A DNA stretch of 64,000 nucleotides. It comes from Clostridia bacterium. GTDB taxonomy: Bacteria; Bacillota; Clostridia; Acetivibrionales; JBAZRJ01. Position 1 is the first letter of the stretch; each line of letters opens with the position of its first letter. Made by a program: the position numbers and the translations under genes. This document shows, piece by piece, positions 44,367 to 54,640 of the stretch. Where the stretch lies: NCBI GenBank assembly GCA_041662985.1, contig JBAZRJ010000002.1, positions 10,826 to 74,825 of the forward strand, given 5' to 3'. The notes beneath the pieces were generated by a model. That model was not told where the DNA came from and searched no databases. It saw only the letters and a list, made by a program, of their open reading frames with translations.

Positions 44367-45590
44367 TTATTTATTAAACAATCCCCTGATTTTTTTCCAG
44401 AGACTTCTTCTTCTTTTGGCTCTGTGTCCCCTTATTGCAGGTATCTCAACGCTCTTTTTTCTTCTTAGCTCCGACACATATTTGATAATCCCGACAGCTG
44501 TATTGAAACTCGAATTAACAGTGTCGCTGACTCTTTTTTTATTAATCCTGACCCTTGTTCCAAAAATTTCTTTTGCAACCTCCAAAGCCCCTTGAAATTC
44601 AGTAACACCCTGACCCGAAAGTACAAGCATCCATTTTTCGTCGATTTCTATTTCAGAATCTTCAATTTTCTTTTTGGAAAGTTCGAAAATTTCATTGACT
44701 CTTGCTTCAATTACTTCCACAATATCAGAAATATTGACTATTCTTTTAGAAAAAAGTTCCTGCCCTCCGAGCAGAACTTCTTCGTCATTTTCTATCATTG
44801 AAGACATTGCAAGATTGTATTGCTTTTTTACCGCTTCAGCTTCATTGTAAGAAGTTTTCAGCACAATCGATAAATCGTTTGTTATATGTTCTCCACCAAT
44901 CGGTACCGAATTATAGAATAGCAGATTGTTATCTTTGATGACCGTAATATCGGTTATACCCGCACCTGTATCTATAAGAATTACACCTTTTTCCTTTTCT
45001 TCCGCAGTTAATATTAAACCGCCTTCTGCAAGACCGCTTAAAACAAAGCCTTCAAGCTCAATTCCGGCTTTTTCCATGCAATCGGTTATGTTTTGGTATG
45101 TGATTGTATCCGATAAAATTACATCTGCGGACAGTTCGAGTTTCTTTGCCTGCATTCCGACAGGATAGTAAATATCTGTGCTGTCATCTATCTTGTAATT
45201 TTGGACAATAATATCAATAACCTTTTTATCATCATCTGCCGAAACATCGCCAACAATGTTTAAAAGTCTGTAAACGTCGCTTATTGTAATTAATCCGGAT
45301 CTGTTTTCAATCTGAATCGAGACTTGCCTTTTAATTACCTCAACATTCATGCCGATAATATTGACAAAAGCAGATAATATCTTAATATTCGCCATTTTCT
45401 CCGCTTTTGATACAGAATCTTTAATTGCAGATGAAATCTCGCCAATATCGTCTATCTGTCCTTTTTTAACGGCGCTGCAACGGCTAATTCCCGCTCCAAG
45501 TACAGCAGGTTCAAACTCACCGTTTAAATATCCCGCCGCTGTGCTGACCTTAGATGTTCCTATGTCAATTCCGGCAATTATATTTCTCAC
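44367..45590 (-). CDS. ftsA: Cell division protein FtsA (actin-like ATPase)
   Basis: 407 aa with GIDIGTSKV, DTGAGITD, and a basic amphipathic C-terminus (RRRSLWKKIRGLFNK). Confidence 0.85.
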   Translation of the reverse strand: MRNIIAGIDIGTSKVSTAAGYLNGEFEPAVLGAGISRCSAVKKGQIDDIGEISSAIKDSVSKAEKMANIKILSAFVNIIGMNVEVIKRQVSIQIENRSGLITISDVYRLLNIVGDVSADDDKKVIDIIVQNYKIDDSTDIYYPVGMQAKKLELSADVILSDTITYQNITDCMEKAGIELEGFVLSGLAEGGLILTAEEKEKGVILIDTGAGITDITVIKDNNLLFYNSVPIGGEHITNDLSIVLKTSYNEAEAVKKQYNLAMSSMIENDEEVLLGGQELFSKRIVNISDIVEVIEARVNEIFELSKKKIEDSEIEIDEKWMLVLSGQGVTEFQGALEVAKEIFGTRVRINKKRVSDTVNSSFNTAVGIIKYVSELRRKKSVEIPAIRGHRAKRRRSLWKKIRGLFNK

Positions 45591-45616
45591 CCGGAGACCT
45601 CCCAGTATATAAAGTT

Positions 45617-46003
45617 TTATTCTTCTTTGACAATAATACTATCTTCTTTGACAATAATACTATCTTTTTTGGAATTTTTGTTCAATAAATATCTGCGTAT
45701 TATAGCAAAGTTCAGGAACAATCTGTTACCGAATGCAAATATAGCAGCAAGATAAATCTGTATCCCCAGCTGGTCACCCAAATACGCAAGCCCGGCTGCA
45801 AGTAGAGCATTTCCGAAAAATCCGGAAATAAATATCTTCATGTTGAATTTGCCCTGAAGCCTTGCAACTATACCGCCGAATACCGAATCAAGCGCCGCAA
45901 GTATTGCAACTGCGACATAAGTAGAATATTGATATGATATATTGTACGGTATAAATAATGCCCCAACTATTATTCCCACAACAAGCCCAATAATCGGTAT
46001 CAT
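45617..46003 (-). CDS. sbp: Small basic protein Sbp (DUF1290)
   Basis: 128 aa with 4 TM helices. Its position between ftsQ and ftsA matches the Bacillus divIB-(ylxWX)-sbp-ftsA-ftsZ order. The C-terminus carries a duplicated DSIIVKE heptapeptide. Confidence 0.7.
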   Translation of the reverse strand: MIPIIGLVVGIIVGALFIPYNISYQYSTYVAVAILAALDSVFGGIVARLQGKFNMKIFISGFFGNALLAAGLAYLGDQLGIQIYLAAIFAFGNRLFLNFAIIRRYLLNKNSKKDSIIVKEDSIIVKEE

Positions 46004-46081
46004 ATTGACCCCTCATCTCTTTTTTTATTTACTTAAGATTTATTATATAACATCGATATACTTAATACCATAATATGTTCA

Positions 46082-46912
46082 TCAGCCGGGCTGAAATACA
46101 GGATTTTCACCGGTAGTAAAATCCATGTACCCGCTTGAGCTGCTTTTAATATAAACAGGATAAATTTGTTTAAAATATGTGATTCTGTATTCCAAATCAC
46201 TGAGATCGCCAAAGTTAACTTTTATATCAGGTTTAATCGTTATACTGATATTATTGATGTCTTTCAGGTCAATCGACTTAATCAAACGGTATAATTTCAA
46301 ATTGTCGCCTTCGTCATTTTTATTGATGGAATCGGTTAGGGTTGTGAGTATACTTATACTTTCTGTGTTTTTTATCTTAAGTACCTGCCCGAATTTATAT
46401 GTGTCGAATTCTATACCGTAAAGCTTCGGGACATCAAATCTGTCACCCTGCTTTAAGATATCCAGCGCATACAGTTCCTTATCGACAATAATTCCCTGAC
46501 CCTTATAATCAATTATGCTTGAAGGTTCTCTTTCTGTAATGATTATGCTTACATCCTTAGGAATATTGAAACGGACATTGACATTTTTCACATACGGATA
46601 CTTGTTTAGAATCGCGTTTTCCGATTTGCCGAAGCTTAAAGTAAATATGTCAATCGGGCTAATGCCCATTGTTACAAAGCCGTTTGCACCTTTCTTTATA
46701 TTCGAGGTTTTTATAATCTCAGCTTCTTTATAACGGGTGTTGCCGATTACTTTAACGGATGAAATATTAAAATATGAAGTTCTTGCGAATAATACAAGAG
46801 AAACTGTTAAAAGAATAGTAATTAAAATAAACTTTATTAAAAAGGATTTTATTTTTGACTTCTTCTTTTTTCTTCTGTAGTGAACCTTCTTCTTCAACTT
46901 TAGAACCCCCAA
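46082..46912 (-). CDS. ftsQ: Cell division protein FtsQ/DivIB
   Basis: Basic N-terminus, single TM helix, POTRA (FNISSVKVIGNTRYKEAEII). The start is uncertain; TTG 46897 with a GGGGG RBS is an alternative. Confidence 0.8.
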   Translation of the reverse strand: MGVLKLKKKVHYRRKKKKSKIKSFLIKFILITILLTVSLVLFARTSYFNISSVKVIGNTRYKEAEIIKTSNIKKGANGFVTMGISPIDIFTLSFGKSENAILNKYPYVKNVNVRFNIPKDVSIIITEREPSSIIDYKGQGIIVDKELYALDILKQGDRFDVPKLYGIEFDTYKFGQVLKIKNTESISILTTLTDSINKNDEGDNLKLYRLIKSIDLKDINNISITIKPDIKVNFGDLSDLEYRITYFKQIYPVYIKSSSSGYMDFTTGENPVFQPG

Positions 46913-47086
46913 TAATTCGGTAAAGCAAGACTGATTTATCGTTTATAGTATATAACAAATATATACCGTGTTTCAATTATTTTAGGAAATGTTTGCAATA
47001 AATTTTGTTCAAGTAGTCACACCAATGTGCTATAATTTATCTTAACATCGGGTTTGGAGAACTATAACTCTATTGTTAGGAGATTT

Positions 47087-48469
47087 ATGAATATTCGTCT
47101 TACATTGGCAATTATAGTATCAAAGCTTGCAATAAAAGCATGCAGGCTTGTAAAATGGGGCGGAACGAGCCTTCCCGGGACCATTGCGCGTAAAATTTAT
47201 CCTGGCATTTTGAAACTTATTTCAAAAGACTTTAATTTGATTATGGTTACCGGAACTAACGGCAAAACAACCACAACATTAATTATTGCGAAAATGCTTG
47301 AGGAGAACGGAATTGAATATATAACAAACAAATCAGGCGCGAATCTGGTCAGCGGAATAACCGCAACTTTTATTGATGCCGTAAATCTTATGGGTAAATC
47401 CACAGTTAAAACTGCTTTAATTGAGATAGACGAGGCAGCTTTCAATAAATTCTCCGAGCAGCGTTCACCTGATATCCTTGTCGTCACTAACTTTTTCAGG
47501 GATCAGCTGGACAGGTACGGCGAACTTTATTCAACACTTCTAAAGGTTAAACTGGGAATAGTCAATTCTCCCGGCGTAAAGCTCGTATTAAACGCCGATG
47601 ACTCTCTTTGCGCTTCGCTCGGCAAGGATACCGGAAGAGATTCGGTTTATTACGGATTTGAAAAAGAAGCATATAATTTCAACAGCAAAAACAGCGGTTC
47701 AGATGCAACTTTCTGCATTTATTGCAAAACCAAATATGAATACATGCAAAAAGTTTACGGCCATCTCGGACATTTTTTATGCCCAAACTGCGGATACACA
47801 AGGCCTGCAACCGAAATAACCTGTAGTAAGATTACAGCCTTAAAAAGTTCGAACTCAATTGTTAAAATTAGACTGAGTAATACCGAGCACGATATAAAAA
47901 TCAATCTGCCCGGTCTGTATAATATCTATAATGCCCTCGCCGCACTCGGTGTATCAAAGCTTTTTAATCTCGATACCGAAAAATCAGTCAGAGCTTTAAG
48001 TATTTTTGACAGCGGTTTTGGAAGAATGGAATCAATAGATGTTTTTGGCAAAACAATTAATGTTATTCTGGTAAAAAATCCAACCGGATTCAATCAGGTA
48101 CTTAGCTTCTTATTTACCGAAGAAAAGGATATGCAGATAGCTTTTGCAATAAATGATAAAATTGCTGACGGCACAGATGTATCGTGGCTTTGGGATGTAG
48201 ATTTCGAGGAATTGAGAACAATTGAAAATAAGATCGGCATCATTTACGCTTCAGGCATAAGAGCCGATGATATGGCTTTACGATTAAAGTATGCCGGTGT
48301 TTCAACAGAAAAAATCCAAATTGAAGAGGACTATAACAATCTTATTGAAATCGGTTTATCCAACACAAAGGAAGGTCAGACTTTCTATATACTGCCTACA
48401 TATACCGCAATGCTTGCAATACGAAAGATTCTGAAGAAAAAATATAAACTAAAGGAGTTTTGGAAATAA
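47087..48469 (+). CDS. murT: Lipid II isoglutaminyl synthase subunit MurT (Mur-ligase family)
   Basis: GTNGKTTT P-loop, Cys4 ribbon CIYCKTKY...CPNCG, and a C-terminal DUF1727-like domain. Start placed at ATG 47087 (AGGAG RBS). Confidence 0.85.
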   Translation: MNIRLTLAIIVSKLAIKACRLVKWGGTSLPGTIARKIYPGILKLISKDFNLIMVTGTNGKTTTTLIIAKMLEENGIEYITNKSGANLVSGITATFIDAVNLMGKSTVKTALIEIDEAAFNKFSEQRSPDILVVTNFFRDQLDRYGELYSTLLKVKLGIVNSPGVKLVLNADDSLCASLGKDTGRDSVYYGFEKEAYNFNSKNSGSDATFCIYCKTKYEYMQKVYGHLGHFLCPNCGYTRPATEITCSKITALKSSNSIVKIRLSNTEHDIKINLPGLYNIYNALAALGVSKLFNLDTEKSVRALSIFDSGFGRMESIDVFGKTINVILVKNPTGFNQVLSFLFTEEKDMQIAFAINDKIADGTDVSWLWDVDFEELRTIENKIGIIYASGIRADDMALRLKYAGVSTEKIQIEEDYNNLIEIGLSNTKEGQTFYILPTYTAMLAIRKILKKKYKLKEFWK

Positions 48470-48470
48470 T

Positions 48471-49211
48471 ATGTGTGAAATTAATATTTGTCATTTGTAT
48501 CCCGACCTCCTGAATTTATACGGCGACAGGGGAAATATAATCGCTCTTAGGAAAAGATGCGAATGGAGAGGCATTCGTGCAAATATTATTTCGCTGACGC
48601 TTGGCGATAAATTTGACCCTGAAAGCTATGATATTGTTTTCTTGGGTGGCGGCCAGGACTATGAACAGGAAATAATCCAACAGGATTTACTGATTAACAA
48701 ATCGGCTGAAATCAAAAATGCGATTAAGCATAATAAGGTATTTTTGTGTATATGCGGAGGCTACCAATTGCTCGGCAAATACTATAAAACATGGGACGGC
48801 AAAGAAATAAAATTCCTGGGAGCCCTTGATATCTGGACAGTAGGCAGCAAAACACGAATGATTGGGAATACGGTTTACAATTGCGATTTTCTAAAGACAG
48901 AAAATTATGACGGAAATCTGGTGGGTTTTGAAAACCATTCGGGTAAAACCTACCTCGGACCAAATGTAAAACCTCTGTGCAAAGTTGTAAAAGGCTTTGG
49001 AAACAACGGCGAAGACGGATTTGAAGGCGCTCTGTATAAAAACGTTTTCTGCTCTTATTCGCATGGCAGTCTGCTACCCAAGAATCCTGCCCTTGCTGAT
49101 CATTTGATTTCTATGGCTTTAAAAAATAAATATAAGGATTTTACTTCTCTTTCACAGCTTGATGACAGTATCGAAATAATTGCCCACAATTCAGTTATGG
49201 AAAGGGTTTAA
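48471..49211 (+). CDS. gatD: Lipid II isoglutaminyl synthase glutaminase subunit GatD (CobQ-type amidotransferase)
   Basis: 246 aa with the ICGGYQLLG nucleophile elbow and a later His. 1-nt gap after murT. Confidence 0.85.
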   Translation: MCEINICHLYPDLLNLYGDRGNIIALRKRCEWRGIRANIISLTLGDKFDPESYDIVFLGGGQDYEQEIIQQDLLINKSAEIKNAIKHNKVFLCICGGYQLLGKYYKTWDGKEIKFLGALDIWTVGSKTRMIGNTVYNCDFLKTENYDGNLVGFENHSGKTYLGPNVKPLCKVVKGFGNNGEDGFEGALYKNVFCSYSHGSLLPKNPALADHLISMALKNKYKDFTSLSQLDDSIEIIAHNSVMERV

Positions 49212-49215
49212 ATTT

Positions 49216-51093
49216 ATGTTTAAAATCAGCAATCTAGATGAAAAATCAAAAAAACGCGCATCATATTTATCAGAATCGGCATATTGTCTTATATTCATTC
49301 TTTCAATTATGATGAAATGCCTTTATTTTCAATTCATCTGCAAAATAAACCATCGGCCTTTATTTGACAGTCACTTTGTAAATCTGAAAATGTACTCTTC
49401 GTCACTCGGAATGCTTATTATAATTTTAGCTGTTTTCTTCATCATTTTTAATAAAAAAAGAGTTACTGCGCTTTTAGTGCTGGATATCTGTTTAACATTA
49501 CTGGTTGGTGCCGATATGTTATATTTCCGTTATTTTGCAAATGCCATAACAATACCGGTGCTAGTTCAAATAGGACTTCTTTCATCCGTTGGCGATGGTG
49601 TTTCGAGTCTGTTCAAACCGACCGATTTACTTCTGATTATAGATATTCCGATAATGATTTTCGGAATGATTTTCATCCATAAATTGGGTATCAACAAAAT
49701 TCATGTCGTTAAAAGGCTCATTATCTCAGTTTGCGTTATTGGAATCGGGCTTGTCGCAATTATCATTCCGTTAAAAAACACAAGTTTTACTATGGCTTCG
49801 TTCGACAAAAATGTATACATAAGATCCATGGGCATCCTTTACTTTCATGAGCAGGATGTCGTATCATTTATAAAAGATAATTTATTTAAGGATAAGCAGC
49901 TTACTGTTCAAGAAACACAGAAAATTCAAAGTTATTACGACAGCAATAAACCTACTGCTCAGATGTTAAAAGGAATTGCAAAAGGTAAAAATGTAATTAT
50001 ACTTCAGATTGAAGCTTTGCAGCAATTCCTAATAAACAAGAAGATGAATGGCAAAGAAATAACTCCAAATTTAAATAAGCTGATTAAAGACAGCCTGTAC
50101 TTCGATAACGTGTATTACCAGGCAGGGCGCGGCAAAACCTCGGACGCCGAATTTGTAGTTAATAACTCGCTTTATCCTGTAAGCGAAGGCGCGGTTTACT
50201 TCAAGTTCCCTACAAACACTTATCATACATTACCGAAAATACTAAAAGAAGCAGATTATGCAAGCGATGTATTCCACGCGTACATCCCGAGTTTTTACAA
50301 CAGAACTGTCGTATACAGGAATTTCGGCTTCAAAAAGTTCTATAGCAAAACTGATTTCAATATCGACAAAGTTGTCGGAATGGGATTGGATGATAAATCC
50401 TTTTATAATCAGACACTTGATAAGCTAAGTGTCGAAAAACAACCCTATTATGGTTTTGTAATATCGCTTTCAAGCCACTATCCTTTCGGCGCATTCGAAA
50501 ATTACAAATTCGATGTCGGTAAATTGGATGGAACATTTCTTGGCAATTATATCAAAGCAGAAAACTACGGTGACAGCTGCATCGGATATTTGATAGATGA
50601 ACTTAAACGCCGCAATATGTACAACAACACACTGCTGGTGCTTTACGGCGACCACTTTGGTATTCCGCGCCTTGAGGCCGGTAATGAACTCACCGGATTT
50701 ATGAAAGTAAAGAACAATGATTTCGAATGGACCAAGCTTCAAAGGGTTCCTTTAATCATACATTATCCCGGTTTAAAAAACGGAAAAACTAATAGCATAA
50801 CAGCGGGACAGATTGACATCTTACCAACAGTTGCGAATTTGCTTGGCGTCAATGCTCCGTACGCACTGGGTAAAGATCTTTTGAATACAAAAAATGGTCA
50901 CGCCGTTCTTCGCGACAGCACTGTAATCACCGATGAATACATGTACTTTCCTGTTTCAAATTCTGCGTTTAATATTAAAACCGGAAAGCCGGTTTACTCG
51001 AATATAAGTACAAATAAAAAATATCTGAACAGTCTTGATATTTCAGATGTTATCATTCATAAAGATGCTTTTGCAAAATGGGTTTTAAAATAG
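49216..51093 (+). CDS. LTA synthase-family membrane sulfatase (LtaS-like)
   Basis: Start placed at MFKISNLDE. Five N-terminal TM helices plus an extracellular sulfatase domain (...GKTSDAEF..., SSHYPF, YGDH). Confidence 0.8.
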   Translation: MFKISNLDEKSKKRASYLSESAYCLIFILSIMMKCLYFQFICKINHRPLFDSHFVNLKMYSSSLGMLIIILAVFFIIFNKKRVTALLVLDICLTLLVGADMLYFRYFANAITIPVLVQIGLLSSVGDGVSSLFKPTDLLLIIDIPIMIFGMIFIHKLGINKIHVVKRLIISVCVIGIGLVAIIIPLKNTSFTMASFDKNVYIRSMGILYFHEQDVVSFIKDNLFKDKQLTVQETQKIQSYYDSNKPTAQMLKGIAKGKNVIILQIEALQQFLINKKMNGKEITPNLNKLIKDSLYFDNVYYQAGRGKTSDAEFVVNNSLYPVSEGAVYFKFPTNTYHTLPKILKEADYASDVFHAYIPSFYNRTVVYRNFGFKKFYSKTDFNIDKVVGMGLDDKSFYNQTLDKLSVEKQPYYGFVISLSSHYPFGAFENYKFDVGKLDGTFLGNYIKAENYGDSCIGYLIDELKRRNMYNNTLLVLYGDHFGIPRLEAGNELTGFMKVKNNDFEWTKLQRVPLIIHYPGLKNGKTNSITAGQIDILPTVANLLGVNAPYALGKDLLNTKNGHAVLRDSTVITDEYMYFPVSNSAFNIKTGKPVYSNISTNKKYLNSLDISDVIIHKDAFAKWVLK

Positions 51094-51099
51094 GATATT

Positions 51100-51429
51100 T
51101 CAGTTGTTGGTTTGAGTGTCGCGGGAAAGATTTTGAAGAGCATTTTTCAATAAATTGATTTGCTCTTTATTCACTTCATTCATCTCAATATGCTGCCGTT
51201 CATTTATTTCAAAATGGTTTTGCTGTATTTCTGCAAGAATTTTTACTTTATCGTGCATATTTTCGAGTAACATCGTATTCGAATCAACCTTATGATTCAA
51301 ATCGTCAAACTTGACACTTGTTTCAAATTTATAATCTCTAAAAACTTCCTGTAAACCGCCAAATTCAGCCTTTAGGCCTGATATTTCATTGTACATCTTT
51401 TCGAGCAACTCAATTGTTTTATCTTCCAT
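51100..51429 (-). CDS. Small coiled-coil protein, unknown function
   Basis: About 109 aa from MEDKTIELLEKMY (GGAGAG RBS). Heptad-rich, no TM helix. Confidence 0.45.
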   Translation of the reverse strand: MEDKTIELLEKMYNEISGLKAEFGGLQEVFRDYKFETSVKFDDLNHKVDSNTMLLENMHDKVKILAEIQQNHFEINERQHIEMNEVNKEQINLLKNALQNLSRDTQTNN

Positions 51430-51490
51430 CCAAAAATCACTCTCCAATAAAATCGATTATATCATTATAGAAAATTTACATCAAGTATAT

Positions 51491-52840
51491 TTATTCGTCA
51501 TTATTTTTCAAGTTATCGATCAGAGATTTTTCAATCACGGTACTGCCATATTTTCTGGCTGTGAAAATAAGTTCCTCAACATTTTTCTGAGTTCCTATTC
51601 CGATTACTACCCCTGCTTTTCCTTTGTAAATCCTTAAAGCTTTTTTGAGCGCAATTTCATTTTCAGTTTCTATAATAAGAGGATCTTTTATATAGCCCTG
51701 CAGAATATTCACGACATTTGCCAGTAAATTTTCCCTGCCTTCCGATACACTGTCAACGTTTACATAAACCGCTTCATGCTCCTCTGTCGAAAGGTCAAGA
51801 GCAAACTCGGTAATTGCATCAAAATCATTTTTTGAACACATATTGAATATTTCATCGTCTATGTTAGCTGAACTAAAATTACCTAAATCTGATATTTGCG
51901 TTTTCTGCAGATTAAGAGATTTAACCGATGAAGTTATAACCAACTCGCTGAAATTATATATTTCCGGAAGCGAAACTTTTTTCAGTTTGTTCCTGATTTC
52001 CTTAATAAATTCCGGTGTGGTTCCGCAACATCCGCCGATTAGCCTTACACCAAGGTTTACAAATTCTTCGGTGTATTTCGAAAAGCTGGACGGAGATTCA
52101 TCGTAAATAGTTCTTTCGCATTCCAGTTCAGGCAATCCCGCATTCGGTTTAACTGCAAGAGGTATTCCACCCGTCTTGCTCATTTCTTTAATAATATCAA
52201 GCATATGCTCAGGTCCAAACGAACAGTTTGCACCGATTATATCAGCGCCAAGGGATTTCAGCACAATGCCTGCCAAATGCGGATCAGTTCCCATAAGGGT
52301 TTTACCGTTTTCTTCAAATGCGAGTGAACAGATTACAGGCAGGTCCGAATTTTCCTGTGCCGCAATCAAAGCGGCTCTCATTTCAGCCAAATCGGTGAAT
52401 GTTTCAAAATTAATAACATCCACACCACCGTCAACAAGAGCTAATATCTGCTCTTTAAACACTTCATACGCTTTATTGAATGTCAGTTCGCCGGACGGTT
52501 CGAAAAGCTTGCCAATCGGTCCTATTGAAGCAGCAACAAAACCTTTGCCGCCCATTACGTCTTTCGCAAGTTTTGCTCCCGCAAAATTAAGCTCATATGT
52601 TTTATCCCCGAGCGAATACTTGGCCAGACTCTCTCTGTTTCCCTGAAAAGTGTTTGTCTGAATAACATCTGAACCCGCATCCTTATATAAAGAATAGATT
52701 TTACTCACAATTTCGGGATGTTTAATGTTCCAAAGCTCGGCGCATTCACTGCCTTTGAGGCCTTCCATTTCAAGCATGTAACCTTTGGAACCATCATACA
52801 AAAGCACCTTGCCGTTGATTTCATTCAGAAAATTTCTCAA
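51491..52840 (-). CDS. Homocysteine S-methyltransferase-family protein with C-terminal pterin-binding-like extension
   Basis: 449 aa with Hcy-binding barrel motifs (GANCSFGP, GGCCGTTPEFI). TTG start with a GGAG RBS. Confidence 0.75.
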   Translation of the reverse strand: MRNFLNEINGKVLLYDGSKGYMLEMEGLKGSECAELWNIKHPEIVSKIYSLYKDAGSDVIQTNTFQGNRESLAKYSLGDKTYELNFAGAKLAKDVMGGKGFVAASIGPIGKLFEPSGELTFNKAYEVFKEQILALVDGGVDVINFETFTDLAEMRAALIAAQENSDLPVICSLAFEENGKTLMGTDPHLAGIVLKSLGADIIGANCSFGPEHMLDIIKEMSKTGGIPLAVKPNAGLPELECERTIYDESPSSFSKYTEEFVNLGVRLIGGCCGTTPEFIKEIRNKLKKVSLPEIYNFSELVITSSVKSLNLQKTQISDLGNFSSANIDDEIFNMCSKNDFDAITEFALDLSTEEHEAVYVNVDSVSEGRENLLANVVNILQGYIKDPLIIETENEIALKKALRIYKGKAGVVIGIGTQKNVEELIFTARKYGSTVIEKSLIDNLKNNDE

Positions 52841-52904
52841 AGTATCATCTCCTTTTCATTGATACTTTACGGTAAATAAGTTTTGCAGATATCTGTATTA
52901 AAGA

Positions 52905-52933
52905 ATTATATCAATTTTTTGGGATTCTTACAA
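52905..52933 (-). promoter_or_regulatory. Sigma-A promoter of the Hcy-methyltransferase gene
   Basis: Minus strand: TTGTAA, 17 nt, TATAAT. It directly abuts the stop of the upstream acyl-CoA ligase gene. Confidence 0.55.
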
Positions 52934-54598
52934 TTACGCTGTCTCAATTGACGCTGCATCCTGCAATCCAATATCTTGGATTGCTTTTTCTCTCATCTTG
53001 AACTTTTGGATTTTACCGCTTGCAGTCATAGGAAAGCTGTCAACAAAGCTTATATATTTAGGTGTTTTGTGTCTCGCCATATGACTCTTCACAAAATCTT
53101 TTATTTCTTCTCCGGTAACCTTTGCGCCTTCTTTTAGAATTATACATGCCATGACTTCCTCACCGTACTGCTTGCTTGGCACACCTATTACCTGCACATC
53201 GCTGATATCAGGATGTGTATATAAAAACTCCTCAATTTCCTTAGGATAAATATTTTCTCCGCCTCTTATTATCATATCCTTTATTCTGCCGGTTATTTTA
53301 AAGTATCCGTCTTTGTCCATTGAAGCAAGGTCTCCTGTATGAAGCCATTTTTCGGAATCAATCGCCTGAGCGGTTGCTTCGGGCATTTTATAATAGCCTT
53401 TCATTATATTATATCCTCTTTCGACAAGTTCACCCGTTGTATCAAACGGCAGATCCTCATTTGTAACAGAATCAACTATTTTTACTTCAATAAACGGCAA
53501 CGCCTTTCCAACTGTCGATACTCTTAGTTCCAATGTATCATCAACCTTTGTTTGAGTGCAGACAGGAGATGATTCTGTCTGTCCGTAAGCAATCGTTATT
53601 TCACCGGCACCCATTAAATCAACGACATTCTGCATGACCTTTACAGGACAAGGCGAACCCGCCATAATGCCTGTGCGCAGTTTTGTAAATTTGAATTTTT
53701 TAAAATCAGGGTGTTCTAGCATTGCGATAAACATTGTCGGAACTCCGTGAACTGCTGTACACTCTTCGTTCTGAACCGCTTCCATGACCTTTAACGGCTG
53801 GAAATAATCGATTGGGACCATCGTTGTTCCGTGCGTAACTGATGCCATAACCGCAAGTACACAGCCAAAACAATGGAAGAACGGAACAGGGATACAGAGT
53901 TTGTCCTCGTGGGTGAAATTCATGCAATCACCGATGCATTTACCATTGTTGACAATGTTATAATGCGTCAGCATGACACCTTTCGGAAAGCCTGTTGTTC
54001 CTGATGTGTATTGCATATTGATTACATCGTGGATATCCAAAGATTTTTGTATAGAATTCAACTCTTCATCGGAAACTTTTGCGGCCAGTTTGTACAAATC
54101 ATCCCAACTGTACATACCGTCGTGTTTTTCTTCTCCGATATAGATGACATTTTTTAATTTTGGGAGAGCCTTATCGTTTAATTGTCCCGGTTCGCTTGCT
54201 TTCAGCGAAGGGCAGAGTTCATTCAGTATTTCAGTGTACTTGCTGTCTTTGAATCCGTCAATTAAAACAACAGTTCCTGCATCGGACTGTCTTAAAAGAT
54301 ACTCGGCTTCGAAGATTTTATAGTTTGTATTCACTGTAACAAGGACTGCACCTATTTTTGCGGTTGCGAACATTGTAATAAGCCATTCTGGATAATTCGT
54401 GGCCCATATCGCAACATGGTCACCCTTTTTTATCCCCATCGCAAGCATACCTTTTGCAGCTTGATTGCATATATCTCTGAATTCAGAGTATGTTTTTCTG
54501 AAAGGTCTGTCGGTGTATAGGACCGCGTCATGATTGGGATAATCACGTGCCATTTCGTCCAACAAATCACCGACTGTAGTTTCCAATAATTTGTCCAT
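52934..54598 (-). CDS. AMP-dependent acyl-CoA synthetase/ligase (FadD-like)
   Basis: 554 aa with the AMP-binding signature YTSGTTGFPKGV, plus GYGQTE-like and GDL...D..GY motifs. Confidence 0.9.
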   Translation of the reverse strand: MDKLLETTVGDLLDEMARDYPNHDAVLYTDRPFRKTYSEFRDICNQAAKGMLAMGIKKGDHVAIWATNYPEWLITMFATAKIGAVLVTVNTNYKIFEAEYLLRQSDAGTVVLIDGFKDSKYTEILNELCPSLKASEPGQLNDKALPKLKNVIYIGEEKHDGMYSWDDLYKLAAKVSDEELNSIQKSLDIHDVINMQYTSGTTGFPKGVMLTHYNIVNNGKCIGDCMNFTHEDKLCIPVPFFHCFGCVLAVMASVTHGTTMVPIDYFQPLKVMEAVQNEECTAVHGVPTMFIAMLEHPDFKKFKFTKLRTGIMAGSPCPVKVMQNVVDLMGAGEITIAYGQTESSPVCTQTKVDDTLELRVSTVGKALPFIEVKIVDSVTNEDLPFDTTGELVERGYNIMKGYYKMPEATAQAIDSEKWLHTGDLASMDKDGYFKITGRIKDMIIRGGENIYPKEIEEFLYTHPDISDVQVIGVPSKQYGEEVMACIILKEGAKVTGEEIKDFVKSHMARHKTPKYISFVDSFPMTASGKIQKFKMREKAIQDIGLQDAASIETA

Positions 54599-54640
54599 AG
54601 TTCACCCTTGATTAGCTTAAATTTTTGATTAAAACGTATT

